A stretch of 62,684 bases of DNA, counting the filler, from an uncultured bacterium (lineage in GTDB: Bacteria > DYJV01), in assembly GCA_964543655.1 (NCBI GenBank). It is 3 parts of 3 records of this genome, joined end to end, with 100 filler letters (N's around TTAATTAATTAA, not from the genome) between each part and the next. Parts side by side here need not be neighbours in the genome. Positions count along the whole stretch, not along the records: positions 1 to 29,357 come from CAZIZE010000083.1; positions 29,458 to 52,585 come from CAZIZE010000084.1; 1 more part is not named here. One strand, 5' to 3'. Numbering within the stretch: the first letter of the stretch is position 1; each line of letters begins with the position of its first letter. The position numbers and the translations under genes were made by a program. A model generated the notes under the pieces. That model was not told where the DNA came from, did not search any database, and saw only the letters and a list, made by a program, of their open reading frames with translations. Positions 21,612 through 33,600 of the stretch are shown here, in pieces.

Positions 21612-22598
21612 TTGATTAAAAAGCACGCATTTTCCCTAATTGAGCTTCTACTTGGTTTATTAATCCTTAGTATAGTAGTGGCTATTATTTACCCTACATT
21701 TCAAACATATAACAGGACAAGTAAAGTTCAAGAAGATGCTATGAAGCTTAATCAAAATTTAGATGTTTGCATTAATTATATAGAACATGCCATTCAAATG
21801 GCAGGTTATGGATGCAAATACTCATTAGAATTTCAAAATAAATCTGTTAATGGTTATTCTACTGTTTTTACAGCAGTTGATGGTGGTACAGGTGGCGATG
21901 ATACACTAACAGTTGTTTATGCTGACAGAGTCTTTGGACAGGTAACAAAAGATCTTGCAGGTAACTCTTCATATTCAGGAAATATAATCTATACTAACTC
22001 AACTAATGCCAATCTACTGGACAGTAATTTAAAAAAATATGTATTTATAGATAGGAATCCATTTAATCAATTTTTTGAGTTAATTGCGGATCCACAATCA
22101 ATCTCTGGCAAAGTAGCTATATTTATTGATAATAGCTCTAATCTTGAAGTATATGAAAATGATTATGTATATGCAGTAAGGGCTATAACCATTTCTTATG
22201 ATGCAACTGATCAGGAAATAGAGATAAATGATAATGTTGGTGGCAGTAATCAGCCTCTTGCATCCTGGATAGAAGCATTACAATTTCAATATGGTATAGA
22301 TGTAAATGGAGATGGTATATTTGACGATACAGATAGTGATGGAAATCCCCTTGACAATACAATTCCTGCAGGTAAAGAATTTTATGTAAAATTAGTTAGA
22401 GTCTCTGTTCTGGGAAGGAGCCCTAATCCTGACCCTACTTACAGGGATCCAAATGGTAGTTATACTGTAGGAAATAAAGTTATAACAATAGATACAGATG
22501 ATACAAATGGAATTAACTCAACTTATGATACCCATTATAGAAGAAGGTTAATTACCATAGATATAGTGCCGAGGAATTTTCAATATGAAACTTTTTAA
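21612..22598 (+). CDS. PilW-like minor pilin
   Basis: A|FSLIE, QMAGYG, LQFQYGIDVNGDG. Confidence 0.85.
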   Translation: MIKKHAFSLIELLLGLLILSIVVAIIYPTFQTYNRTSKVQEDAMKLNQNLDVCINYIEHAIQMAGYGCKYSLEFQNKSVNGYSTVFTAVDGGTGGDDTLTVVYADRVFGQVTKDLAGNSSYSGNIIYTNSTNANLLDSNLKKYVFIDRNPFNQFFELIADPQSISGKVAIFIDNSSNLEVYENDYVYAVRAITISYDATDQEIEINDNVGGSNQPLASWIEALQFQYGIDVNGDGIFDDTDSDGNPLDNTIPAGKEFYVKLVRVSVLGRSPNPDPTYRDPNGSYTVGNKVITIDTDDTNGINSTYDTHYRRRLITIDIVPRNFQYETF

Positions 22599-23070
22599 AA
22601 ACAAAAATGGATTTAGTTTTGTAGAGCTTTTAGTTGCTATAACTATTCTGGCAATTACAATACCCTCTTTTTTTACTTTTTTAAATTCTCAGATTTATAA
22701 AACAAAGTTAAATATAGATATGACCAATGCTCTACTGCTTGCTGAAAATAAACTTGAATTTTTATTACAGGAAGATTATAATAGCTCTGACCTATCTGAC
22801 ACCAATACATCTAATAATTCTAATTTGAATACCTCAATAAATTTAAATTCTATACAAAATAATGAGACAAGCTATATTTCATCCACTTTTGATCATTCAG
22901 ATACTCCTCAAATTATTAATAACACTAAATTTTATATTTTATGGAACATAGCAGAAAGCACAACTATAAAAACCACAAACAAATTTAAATTAATAGGTGT
23001 AATTATTTATTGGATATATCAGGGGAAAGGACACAAAGTTTATCTAATGAGCATTAAAAGAGAGGAATAA
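22585..23070 (+). CDS. PilV-like minor pilin
   Basis: G|FSFVE; LAENKLE. Confidence 0.82.
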   Translation: MKLFKNKNGFSFVELLVAITILAITIPSFFTFLNSQIYKTKLNIDMTNALLLAENKLEFLLQEDYNSSDLSDTNTSNNSNLNTSINLNSIQNNETSYISSTFDHSDTPQIINNTKFYILWNIAESTTIKTTNKFKLIGVIIYWIYQGKGHKVYLMSIKREE

Positions 23071-23072
23071 AT

Positions 23073-23498
23073 ATGAATAATAGAGGAATGGCAATTGTGA
23101 CAGTTCTTATGCTTATATCAGTTATCTTAATATTAATAATATCTCTATCCATAAACACTGTTACAAATTTTACAATAGTTAGAAATTCCAAAAGCACTTC
23201 CATAGATTTTTATAAAGCTGAATCAGCAAATAAAATAGAAATTTCAGATATAATTACTTTTAATGTTTCCAATATTACAAATCCAAGTGAGCCACCTATT
23301 AAAGATGCTGATGTATCAATAGATGAAAGTTCAAATTCTTTAAATTATCACTCCACAATTAAATTTGAATTTTACAAAAACACTATTAAGCCTGGAACAT
23401 CCATGAATATGTTCAGCAATTATTATTATTCAGTAAAAACCCAGGTTAATAATACAGTTATAAAAACTTTAGTTTATAAACTTGGACCTAAAATGTAA
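23073..23498 (+). CDS. PilX-like minor pilin
   Basis: RG|MAIVT lacking Glu5; FYKAES; directly before pilY1. Confidence 0.8.
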   Translation: MNNRGMAIVTVLMLISVILILIISLSINTVTNFTIVRNSKSTSIDFYKAESANKIEISDIITFNVSNITNPSEPPIKDADVSIDESSNSLNYHSTIKFEFYKNTIKPGTSMNMFSNYYYSVKTQVNNTVIKTLVYKLGPKM

Positions 23499-23510
23499 AT
23501 GGAGGTTTAA

Positions 23511-26500
23511 ATGAAAAAATTATTTTTATATACCTTTTCTATTTTAATAATTTTAGGAATAAATTCTTATACAAAAGATACTGATATTTATCTACAAAAT
23601 GTTAAACCAAATGCAATGATACTTGTGGATACATCTGGCAGTATGGGATGGGGGGTTTATGAGCATACTGTAGATTATGGTGCATTTTACGATTGGGCAA
23701 GTGACCAAGGTGATTGTGATATGATTGCAGGCAGTGGTGGAGGAAGGTGTGGCTCATACAACTATTTCTACAATTATCATTATGATAAAAATGAAATACT
23801 CCTTGTTAAAGGTAATATTGGTGTAACTATTTATAATGGTGTAACTTTTACTGGTGATCCTGGCAATCCCAATTATCTCTGGTACACAAGTAATGTTATT
23901 GAAACAGGTACATATATTGACGATAATGGTAATTTAACTGATAGTAGCGGAAGATCAATAACTGATCCTGCATATTCTGGAAGAATTACTGTAGATTCTG
24001 ATGGGTATATATTGTTAGATGGTGAAAGATTGCCACTTGATAGAAATATAAAACTTCATGACTATGTTCAATATCCTGATGGGACAATTATAGACAAGGG
24101 ATTTGCAGGAATGCTTAATGCTCCTGGCTGGTATTTTAGCGGTTTTGAATATATTGGTAATAGTGCTGCAGAGCATAATGTAGCAGAAGATGGAGATACT
24201 TATATATACTTTTTTATTCCTGGTAACTGGATGAATATGCAGGAGATGTATAATCTCTACACAGCATATACAACAAATGAAGCATACAGAACATGGAAAA
24301 CAAGAACATTTTCAACAACTACCACACCATATACTCCTGTTTCCGTTGATATTCATTCACCAAATTATCCAAGTAACTATCCTAATAACAGAGATGAAAC
24401 CTATACTATTACCCAGATAGATGCTTCAAAAATTAAACTTCATTTCTCAGCTTTCAATCTTGAATATAACTGGTATTGTGGCTGGGATTATGTAAAAATT
24501 TATAAAGATAGTATAACAAACTCTAATTTATTAGATACTTTTTGTGGGAACTTAGGTAGTTTTACTACTTCATCATATACCCTTGGTAGCACAAAAAAAT
24601 TAATAATAGTTTTTCATTCAGATTATTCTGTAACTTATTCAGGGTTTAAAATAGACAGATATGAATACCTACCTGAAGATGTTGCAACTTCTGGCTATAA
24701 AATGCAAACAAGGCTTGAAGTTGTTATAGATGCAATGGTAGATGTAATTCAAGAAACCAAAGGTAAAGTTAATTGGGCTCTTGCATCTTTTAGTGTTTCA
24801 CCAACTGGTGATGGAGCAAAAATATGGCAACCTTTTGATCCATCTCTTTCAGATGATCAGCTTGAGCAAAATATTACAAATTATCTTAATTCATTTACAG
24901 CAGATGGTGGTACCCCTCTTGGTGAAGCATTGCAAGATGTATGGAATCATTATCATAGTAAAGCATCCATTTTACCAACATGTGCCAAAAACCACACTAT
25001 AGTTCTCTCAGATGGTTATCCTTCTACTGATGAAGATTGGTCACGAATAAGTGGAGTTACTTTTAGTGATTGGGATAATGATGGATGGACAGAGGATCCT
25101 TACCAGTATAGATCACCTCCTGATGATTATTTTGATGATGTTTCTCACTGGATGTATACTCATTCTATTGTAGATGGCTCATCAGTATCTGATCCTGAAA
25201 ATAGCCACGTAAATGTGAGGAATCATATGTTAAGTTTTACAATGTCTTCGCCACTTATGGAAGATGCTGCTGACGAAGGTGGCGGAGTGTTTGTATCTGC
25301 ATTTAACAAACAGCAGCTTGTAAATGCCTTTTATTCACTTGGAATTATAATTGCGAATAGTGTTTCTTATACTGCACCGGTAGTTTCTGTTGATACAACT
25401 AATAAAACTCAAAGTGGTCAATACATCTATATGACATTTTTTAAACCAAAATCACCAAACTGGCTTGGTAATTTAAAAAAATATAAAGTTAATTATCAGG
25501 TGAAAAGTGGTTGTACAGGTAGAACAGACAAAGAATGGGTGGTAGTTGATAAAAATGATTTAGACGCAACAGATTGTGATGGAACTTTCAAATCTACCTC
25601 TGTTTCATATTGGACAGACCAGGAAGATGGTGGAGAAGTAGAAGCAGGAGGTGCTGGTAAAGTTTTACTTGATAAATTATCTGATGCTTCTCTTTCTGAT
25701 CCATATAACACAACATATAGAAAAATATATTTTATTGATTCATCTACTAATACTTTCAAAAGATTTATACCGTCCAATTTAGCCACTGGTGTACTTGATG
25801 AAGCTGATACAAGTGAAAAGTATAAAATTATTAACTATGTTTATGGTTATACTTATGCTGAAGATGGCTCCACCAATCATTATCCAGTGGCCAAAAGAAA
25901 CTGGGTACTTGGAAGTATGATTCATTCTGAACCTGTTGTTATAAATTATGAAGCTGACAATAAAACTTACATAGTTGCTGGAGGAAATGATGGGCAATTA
26001 CATGTTTTTGATGATTCAGATGGTGAGGAAATCTTTTCATTAATTTTTGATTGTTTTTTAAATAAATTAAAATATATGGATCCTAACTCTACTGAGAGTA
26101 GACCACTATTTTTTGATGATGGTTCTCTATCATTCTATTTTACTTTTGATTCAGAGGGAAGAATTGTTCCTGAATTATTAATTGTGGGTCTTAGACGTGG
26201 TGGAAAAAGTTATTATGCTTTTAATATTGAAGATTCAAATCCAGAAAATTGGACATTAAAGTGGAAAATTACAGGTGGAGGAAGTGGAGACTTTGCAGAA
26301 TTAGGTTATACCTGGTCAGATATGGTTATTAGCAAAATGAGGATTGGTACAACTGATAAAGTAGTAGGTATTTTCAGTGGAGGATATGACCCTATAGAAG
26401 ACAACAGTACATCACCTCAAACAAGTGTCACAATGGGTAGAGGTATTTTTATTATAGATCTTGAAACTGGTACCAAATTATACTCATATACATATAGTGA

Positions 26501-27461
26501 TGATTCAAATATGAAATATTGTATACCAGCAACTCCCACTGTTATTACTGATGTAAATGGCTATCTTGATAAAATATATGTTACTGATATTGGTGGCCAA
26601 GTTTGGCGATTATACTATGATAGCTCAACAGACACTTTAAAAGCACATATTATCTTTAAATCAAATCCAGGTTCAGACTCCACAAGTGGTAACACAGGTG
26701 GCACATTAACATCAAGTGATTCTAATAGAAAATTTTTCTATTCTCCTACAGTTACTGTTCTTGGTAAATGTGCAACTAACTATAGTCAAGGGTCAATAGG
26801 CTTTCTTACTAAAGCCCTCTATTTTGGTTCTGGAGACAGAGAGCATCCACTTGATACAACAGTAAAAAATAGAATTTATATGGTTATTGATGATATTCAA
26901 GATAATGATACAACTACAACTTATACAGAACAAAATTTACTTAATGTTACCAATGATGAACTTGATGTTGATTCAGGTGCTTCAGAAACAGAAAAAGAAG
27001 CAATTTTAAATAAATTACAAACAAGTAAAGGCTGGTTTATAAAATTATCAGAAATTAGTGATACTCAAAATCATTTAGGAGAAAAAATTTTAAGCATGCC
27101 TATACTATTTAATGAGCGTGCATATTTTACTTCATTTACTCCAGAGTCAACTGATCCATGTAATCCACATGGAATCAGTAGAGTTTATGCATTAAAATAT
27201 TGCTATGGATTAGCTGGAATAAATTATAACACTTCAAACGATAGTGGAGATACAGAAAAATATGATAAAACAGATAGATATAGAAATATAGGTGTTTCAC
27301 TACCATCAGGAGTTAAAATTGCCATTAGAGAAGGTCATGTTTGGGCTCTTATAAGTGCTGGTGGTGGTATTCCAGGTGCAGGGGAACTCGGGTCACCTAA
27401 TATTCCAGAAGAAAACCTGAATATTCATATAGAGAGATGGGAAAATTTTCAAAATTGGTAA
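23511..27461 (+). CDS. pilY1: PilY1/PilC adhesin: vWA with inserted CUB domain plus beta-propeller
   Basis: DTSGS MIDAS, GGTPLGEAL, LSDG, GGNDGQLHVF, YFGSGD; CUB motifs at about 24340-24668. Confidence 0.9.
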   Translation: MKKLFLYTFSILIILGINSYTKDTDIYLQNVKPNAMILVDTSGSMGWGVYEHTVDYGAFYDWASDQGDCDMIAGSGGGRCGSYNYFYNYHYDKNEILLVKGNIGVTIYNGVTFTGDPGNPNYLWYTSNVIETGTYIDDNGNLTDSSGRSITDPAYSGRITVDSDGYILLDGERLPLDRNIKLHDYVQYPDGTIIDKGFAGMLNAPGWYFSGFEYIGNSAAEHNVAEDGDTYIYFFIPGNWMNMQEMYNLYTAYTTNEAYRTWKTRTFSTTTTPYTPVSVDIHSPNYPSNYPNNRDETYTITQIDASKIKLHFSAFNLEYNWYCGWDYVKIYKDSITNSNLLDTFCGNLGSFTTSSYTLGSTKKLIIVFHSDYSVTYSGFKIDRYEYLPEDVATSGYKMQTRLEVVIDAMVDVIQETKGKVNWALASFSVSPTGDGAKIWQPFDPSLSDDQLEQNITNYLNSFTADGGTPLGEALQDVWNHYHSKASILPTCAKNHTIVLSDGYPSTDEDWSRISGVTFSDWDNDGWTEDPYQYRSPPDDYFDDVSHWMYTHSIVDGSSVSDPENSHVNVRNHMLSFTMSSPLMEDAADEGGGVFVSAFNKQQLVNAFYSLGIIIANSVSYTAPVVSVDTTNKTQSGQYIYMTFFKPKSPNWLGNLKKYKVNYQVKSGCTGRTDKEWVVVDKNDLDATDCDGTFKSTSVSYWTDQEDGGEVEAGGAGKVLLDKLSDASLSDPYNTTYRKIYFIDSSTNTFKRFIPSNLATGVLDEADTSEKYKIINYVYGYTYAEDGSTNHYPVAKRNWVLGSMIHSEPVVINYEADNKTYIVAGGNDGQLHVFDDSDGEEIFSLIFDCFLNKLKYMDPNSTESRPLFFDDGSLSFYFTFDSEGRIVPELLIVGLRRGGKSYYAFNIEDSNPENWTLKWKITGGGSGDFAELGYTWSDMVISKMRIGTTDKVVGIFSGGYDPIEDNSTSPQTSVTMGRGIFIIDLETGTKLYSYTYSDDSNMKYCIPATPTVITDVNGYLDKIYVTDIGGQVWRLYYDSSTDTLKAHIIFKSNPGSDSTSGNTGGTLTSSDSNRKFFYSPTVTVLGKCATNYSQGSIGFLTKALYFGSGDREHPLDTTVKNRIYMVIDDIQDNDTTTTYTEQNLLNVTNDELDVDSGASETEKEAILNKLQTSKGWFIKLSEISDTQNHLGEKILSMPILFNERAYFTSFTPESTDPCNPHGISRVYALKYCYGLAGINYNTSNDSGDTEKYDKTDRYRNIGVSLPSGVKIAIREGHVWALISAGGGIPGAGELGSPNIPEENLNIHIERWENFQNW

Positions 27462-27479
27462 AATAAAAGGAGTTTAATA

Positions 27480-27783
27480 ATGGTTAGAAAATTTATTTTT
27501 TCATTATTTATTTTAATCTTTTCTATTACACCACTTTTTGCAACACTTGCTGTTTCAAATATGACTTACACTGGAAAAGTTACAAAAATTCAAAAAAGAG
27601 AAAAGATTGTTGTAATAGGTAGTAGAAAATTTCATTACAACAATAATATTTACAATGAATTAAAGCTATTTAAAAAATTAAAAAAAAAATATAACTGTTA
27701 AATTTAAAAAAATTAAAAACAGATTTATTATTGAAAAAATAATTTTAAAAATAGAGCCTCTAAGGAAAAAGGGGAAATATTAA
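27480..27783 (+). pseudogene. Small secreted pilus-operon protein frameshifted at an A10 tract
   Basis: Signal peptide; stop at 27701 just after A10 (27680-27689); +1 frame stays open to 27783. Confidence 0.6.
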
Positions 27784-28424
27784 TTCCCCAATTTTTTCCA
27801 ATCATTTAGAAATCTCTCTATTCCTATATCAGTAAGTGGATGTTTAACAAATTGCATTAATACTTTAAAAGGAATTGTTGCAATATCAGCTCCGATTTTA
27901 GCAGCTTCAAGTACGTGAAGAGGATTCCTGACGCTCGCAACAATAACCTCTGTGTCATAACCATAATTAAAATAAATTTCCATTATCTGTTTAACAAGCT
28001 CCATTCCTGTATGAGAAATATCATCAAGTCTGCCAACAAAGGGACTCACAAAAGTTGCACCAGCTTTGGCTGCAAGTAATGCTTGAAGTGGTGAAAAAAC
28101 AAGTGTAACATTGGTATTGATGCCTTCCTGTGATAAAGTCTTAACTGCTTTTAAACCATTTTCAGTCATAGGAATTTTAATCACAACATTATCTGCTAAT
28201 TTAGAAAGCTCTCTTGCTTCTTCTACCATACCCTCATATTCAAGAGAAATTACCTCTGCACTTACAGGACCATCAACAATTTCACATATCTCTTTAATTA
28301 ATGGCTTAAATTCCCTATTTTCCTTTGATACAAGTGTAGGATTTGTTGTAACTCCATCAATTAATCCAAGCTCTTTTGCTTTTTTTATTTCATCCACATT
28401 GGCAGTATCAATAAAAAATTTCAT
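27780..28424 (-). CDS. tal: Transaldolase / fructose-6-phosphate aldolase family
   Basis: [26 protein letters not shown]. Confidence 0.95.
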   Translation of the reverse strand: MKFFIDTANVDEIKKAKELGLIDGVTTNPTLVSKENREFKPLIKEICEIVDGPVSAEVISLEYEGMVEEARELSKLADNVVIKIPMTENGLKAVKTLSQEGINTNVTLVFSPLQALLAAKAGATFVSPFVGRLDDISHTGMELVKQIMEIYFNYGYDTEVIVASVRNPLHVLEAAKIGADIATIPFKVLMQFVKHPLTDIGIERFLNDWKKLGN

Positions 28425-28456
28425 AAAATAACCTCCTTTATTTTTCTCCTAATCTA

Positions 28457-29053
28457 TCAATTAAAAATTGTTTTGTAAATATATTTTAAATCTTTCCAAA
28501 AAGAATAGTTATTAACATACTCTTTATTTATTCGCACTTTATCAGGCCATATAACTTCATTATTATACTTTTCTGGATCATCCTGCTCTGATAGAATATC
28601 TTCTTCATTCCTATATTTTAAAGTGGCTGGTCCCGTAATTCCCGGTCTAACACTTAAAATAACTCTATCATCACCTGTTAATTTATCAGCATACCCAGGC
28701 ACATCCGGTCTTGGTCCCACAAAACTCATATCACCTTTTAAAACATTAATAAACTGAGGTAGCTCATCTATCTTAGTTTTCCTGAAAAATCTACCAGCTT
28801 TAGTAATCCGAGGGTCTCTATCTGTGGTAACAGTAGTGTTAAAGTCAGGAACCTTTCTCATTGTTCTAATTTTTATAAGCTTAAAAATCTTCCCATCTTT
28901 TCCCACTCTATCTTGAATAAAAAAACCATTCTCTCCTGTATCAATAGTGGCAATTATCCATGCAATTAAAATAATCCACCAAGTCAATAAAAGACCTATT
29001 AATGAAAAAATTATATCAAAACATCTTTTTAATATTTTATCACTTTTTGTCAT
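28457..29053 (-). CDS. Bacterial sugar (phosphoglycosyl) transferase
   Basis: KRCFD, KIRTM, KIDELPQFINVLKGDMSFVGPRP. Confidence 0.93.
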   Translation of the reverse strand: MTKSDKILKRCFDIIFSLIGLLLTWWIILIAWIIATIDTGENGFFIQDRVGKDGKIFKLIKIRTMRKVPDFNTTVTTDRDPRITKAGRFFRKTKIDELPQFINVLKGDMSFVGPRPDVPGYADKLTGDDRVILSVRPGITGPATLKYRNEEDILSEQDDPEKYNNEVIWPDKVRINKEYVNNYSFWKDLKYIYKTIFN

Positions 29054-29310
29054 TCTATATATATGCTCCGCCCAACATAATCCAATATAAATCGATCTGA
29101 TTTGTCATCACCATACGCAATTGCATTTTTAAGAATTTCATCATTGTAAAATTTTTTTATAATATTTAATTTATTTTTTCCATAAGGGATATTACCTAAA
29201 ATCTTTCCTGTAAAAAAATTATTTTTTACTTCTAATTTAACTGAAAAAAATCTTTTTATATTTAAGAATTTTGAATATTTTTCAACAATAAAATCAAAAT
29301 TAGAACTCAA
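29050..29310 (-). CDS. HAD-IB hydrolase, C-terminal fragment at contig end
   Basis: FTGKILG...GKNK and AYGDDKSD motif. Confidence 0.7.
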   Translation of the reverse strand: MSSNFDFIVEKYSKFLNIKRFFSVKLEVKNNFFTGKILGNIPYGKNKLNIIKKFYNDEILKNAIAYGDDKSDRFILDYVGRSIYIE

Positions 29311-29357
29311 AATAATAAACTCTTTATTACTTTTGTTAAAAAATTCTTAATTAAAAT

Positions 29358-29457
29358 NNNNNNNNNNNNNNNNNNNNNNNNNNNNNNNNNNNNNNNNNNN
29401 NTTAATTAATTAANNNNNNNNNNNNNNNNNNNNNNNNNNNNNNNNNNNNNNNNNNNN
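29358..29457. other. Artificial contig linker
   Basis: 100 bp of N with central TTAATTAATTAA (stops in all six frames). Confidence 0.98.
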
Positions 29458-29631
29458 CTTTTCTGAAATTGGCCGGTTAGCTTCAATGTAGTAATTTAGC
29501 TCTTCTATAAGCTTTACTCTTTCTCCTAAAACATATTCATACCATACAGTATAAACTTCAGGAATAGGCCTGTGTGAATATTTGTTCATAAATTTAATAG
29601 CTAACCTGAAGTATTCCTTACTTTTCTCCAT
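29458..29631 (-). CDS. Truncated gene, probable diguanylate cyclase N-terminus
   Basis: LAIKFM...PIPEVYTVWYEYV resembles the N-terminus of VdcA-like GGDEF proteins; cut by the gap. Confidence 0.55.
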
Positions 29632-29684
29632 AACACCGCAATATACCATAAGAAATAAAAAATCAAATACTTTTTTATTTTTTT

Positions 29685-30608
29685 TTACAATTCCATTTCT
29701 GCCATGGTAAAAGTAATTTTTTCTATTGGAATATTTATATTCATATTACCAAAATACATAGGATATATATTTGGCTCTACCTCTGATAGCTTAAAAATGT
29801 TACTATTTTTAACAAAAAGAGAAACAGGGTTGTTTGATGAAAATCTAAGATTTACATATTTGATTGGCTGCATAGAGAAAAATTTACATAATTTTATAAC
29901 AGATGGAATAAAGTAAAATTCAAAACCATTAACCACAATAAAATCTTCAATATTTAAGCAATTTTTATCAACTCTAATTACAAGAAAAATGATATTTTCA
30001 TCATAAATTGAAACTTTAAAAAATTTATAAATTTTAAGTGGATGAAATTCATACCTCCATTTAAAAAATTCCCTGTCTTTTTTAATACCAATATGTTTTT
30101 TATTTTCTATTAAATCATCAATACTTGCCTCTTCTACTTTTAATGATATAAAATAATTGGTTAATAAAATTTTTTCAAATAAAGCTTTTGTTTCAATTAC
30201 AGGATGAAAATCTCTGCCATTTATAATTAGTTTTGACAATCTTCTATGCCTTTCACCAGTAAAGGAGAAAATGAACTTTACATTTTTAAATTTTAAAAAT
30301 TCTTTAAAAACATATTTAGAAAATTTAACAAAAGGCAAATTTTTACCAAAATTTAATTGATTCTGGTCAGCTGCTGCATCACACGGCATACAGATATAAG
30401 AACTTTCTGAAATTGAAAAAGGGAAAAAAATCGCACCATAATGACAAATTATCTTTCCATTTCTCTCAGCAACAAAATTCATTGTATGATAAGGGTTTTC
30501 AAAATATTTCCATTTTAACAAAGACAAAGGAAATGGTTTTGAAAATGATTTTTCCAATAGCTCTTTTATTCTATTAATGTCATTAATATCTGCTCTTCTA
30601 ATATTCAT
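29685..30608 (-). CDS. GNAT family acetyltransferase, tandem GNAT-like
   Basis: IRRA...D, WKYFENP, ICHYG, FFKWRYEFHP. Confidence 0.75.
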   Translation of the reverse strand: MNIRRADINDINRIKELLEKSFSKPFPLSLLKWKYFENPYHTMNFVAERNGKIICHYGAIFFPFSISESSYICMPCDAAADQNQLNFGKNLPFVKFSKYVFKEFLKFKNVKFIFSFTGERHRRLSKLIINGRDFHPVIETKALFEKILLTNYFISLKVEEASIDDLIENKKHIGIKKDREFFKWRYEFHPLKIYKFFKVSIYDENIIFLVIRVDKNCLNIEDFIVVNGFEFYFIPSVIKLCKFFSMQPIKYVNLRFSSNNPVSLFVKNSNIFKLSEVEPNIYPMYFGNMNINIPIEKITFTMAEMEL

Positions 30609-33600
30609 ATTTTTAAAAACATAGTTTTTTCTGCTACGGTTTCCCAGTTATAGTAATACCGCTCTTCTAAAAAATTGCCCCACTTTTTTTTCATATAATC
30701 AATTTCCCAATCATCAGGCTTTTTAAAACTTCTTGTTCTCATATGATAATGAATTGCAACAGCATTTGGATTATTAACTATTCGCCACCCTTTTTTTCTA
30801 ATTTGTAAACAGAAATCAACATCATTGTAATTAACAGGTAAATTTTCATCAAATTTAATTAAATCTAAAATTTCTCCCCTAACCATAAAACATGCACCTG
30901 TAACAGCAGAAACATTTCTAAGGACATTTAAAATATTATTATTACCAAACGTTCTTATTTCAGAGGCAATCCATTCCACATCTGTTCTAATACCATTGTG
31001 CTGAATTTGGCCATCTGGAAATTTTAATACAGCACCAACAGCACCAATCTTCTCTATTACAAATGGTTGTACCATTTTTAATAGAAAATATTTATCTAAA
31101 ATTTGAATATCATCATTTAAAAATAAAATTATACTATTTTTAACATTTATTGAATTAACTGCAATATTATTTAAAGCAGACCAATTAAAATCCACTTTTT
31201 CAAAAATTATGTTAATATTCTCCTTTTTTTCAATCTGTTTTAAATAATTTAATGTTTTATCCTCAAAACTACCATTATCAATCACAGTAATGTTAAATTT
31301 TGGATATCTACACTTTAGTAACGATTCTACACAATTTTTAAGATATAGCATATTATCCTTTGAAGGAATTATAATGTTAATCTCAGGTAAATATTCTGAA
31401 GTATATGGGAATAAAAATCCTGGTCCCATATTGCTCTCAGCGCTGATTTTATCTGTGTAATCTTGAAAAATTTTGCCAATCTTTTCTAACCACACTTTTT
31501 TAATAACAGGTTTTAACCACTCTTTTTCAGATATTTTATATGCTGTTGAGCCAATATGGGCTCTCCATCCATAAAGAGGCTTTTTAATATGAAGAACTTC
31601 ATTATCATCCACTAAATTTCTCATTCTAAGTAAAATTTCCCAATCCTGAGCTCCATGATATTTGTTGGAATATCCATTTAATTTGTTCCAGAAATCTTTT
31701 TTAAAAACAGTTAGATGATTTATGTAGTTGAAGCTGAGCAAAGTTTCAGGAGACCAGTCAGGTTTTTGATGATAAATAAATGCTTTTCCTGAAATATCAA
31801 TTGTATAAGAATCTGTATAGCAAAATTTATAATCTTTATGTGATACATTAATGGCTATTTCAGAAAGAGTCTCAGGTAAGATATAATCATCATGATCTAC
31901 AAACAGAAGATAATCATTTTGTGCTAATTTAGCAGCTTCATTGTATGCTTCAGGGATAGAAAGAGTTTTATCAGAATTTACAATAATACCTTTTTGAGAA
32001 TTATCAAATTTTTCCTTTAAATCTTTTAAAATATTTAAAATTTCCTCTGATTTTGAATTATTATTAAAAACAATTAACTCCCAGAAATTGTAAATCTGAT
32101 TAAAAATTGAATACAAAGTCTCTATGAAAACATTTTTCTCTGGATCTGCAACTACCACTATTATTGAGAATGAAGGTAAATTTCTATTTTCCCCCAAAAA
32201 ATTAAGAAAATAGTATGGCAAATAATCATCAGAAACTGACGTGGATATTTTTCTAAATATTGATTTAAAAGTATCAAATATCCTTTCTCTTTTTTTCAAT
32301 GATTCTTTATAAAAATTTAATTTTTCTGCAAATTGTGCTAACTTTTTTTCAATATAATCTTTCTCTGATTTTAATCCTGTTATTATAGATACTAAATTTT
32401 CATAATTTTCAAATTTAAAACTTTTAAAAATATATTCTCTTACCTTTTTTTCAATTTCAGTATAACCTTTTTTATAGTGTGAAACAACATAATCTTCAGT
32501 AAAAATCCTATATTCACATGTTATCTTGTTGTGATGGTAAAAATTGAAGCATTTATTCTCAGCTTCCAATAAAAACACCCAATCTTCATAAGCTTCAAAT
32601 TCTTCAGAAAATTTTATCTGATTAAAAATATGCCTTTTAATCATTAATGTGTTTAGAGGTATATAATTTTCTACTAAAAGTTTTCCTTTCTCATAAGGGA
32701 AATTAAAAACTGAAATTTTAGCAATTTTTTTTATTATTTTTTTCTCTAATTTACACTTTGTCAAATTAGCTCCTGAATAAACAATATCAATATCTTTATT
32801 AGCCACTAAAATTTCTGATAATTCAGCAATATGTTCTGGATAAAAAATATCATCTTCATCAAGAAATGAAATAAAATCACCGCTGCTATTTTCAATACCT
32901 AAATTTAAATTAAAACTCCGACTTTTTTTACCAAATAAAATTTTGTAATCCAGTTTATTAAATTTCTCTGGAATTTCAAGCTGTTCATTTCCAAACCAGA
33001 CTATTATTACCTCAAATAATGGATAAGTCTGATTTAAAAGAGATTCAAGTGAATTTATTAAAAAATGCTTTTTATGAGCCCGAATAATCACAGAAATGAA
33101 AGGTGATTCTGTGAAAAAATTTTCTTTTCCTCCATCCCAAACAAACTGCAGAAAACCCTCACCAAAATCTTTACCTATTGCTGCACCTCTTAAAGCTGCA
33201 ATAGATTTTAATGATTGCAAATAGTTATATTTATTATGCTGAGATTTATAACATTGAAATGCTTCTAATTTTTTTTCAAAATATTCTGATATGTCATATA
33301 CAATATTGATATTAATGGGGTTAACTACTTCATAAAAGTTTAAAACTGTGTGGAATTGTAAGTTATTTTCAAGAGCCTTCAACACCCCTCTGGTTACATT
33401 AACATGATCAATATGTTGGTCTGACAGAGATGGGAGAAAAATTGCAGTTGGCAAAAAATCATTGTATATTTTAAGATACTCATCAAGTATTTTTCCACTA
33501 ATTGGAATATTGCCATCTTGATAATTTAAACATATAAAATCATCAATTTGTAAACTTTTTAAAGCTTCTCTAAATTCCTTTAATCTGAAATCATCTGCTT

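Noticed and set aside
29358-29457. TTAATTAATTAA palindrome within N runs (also 52586-52685)
   Set aside because: Artificial six-frame-stop linker; gene adjacency across it has no meaning.
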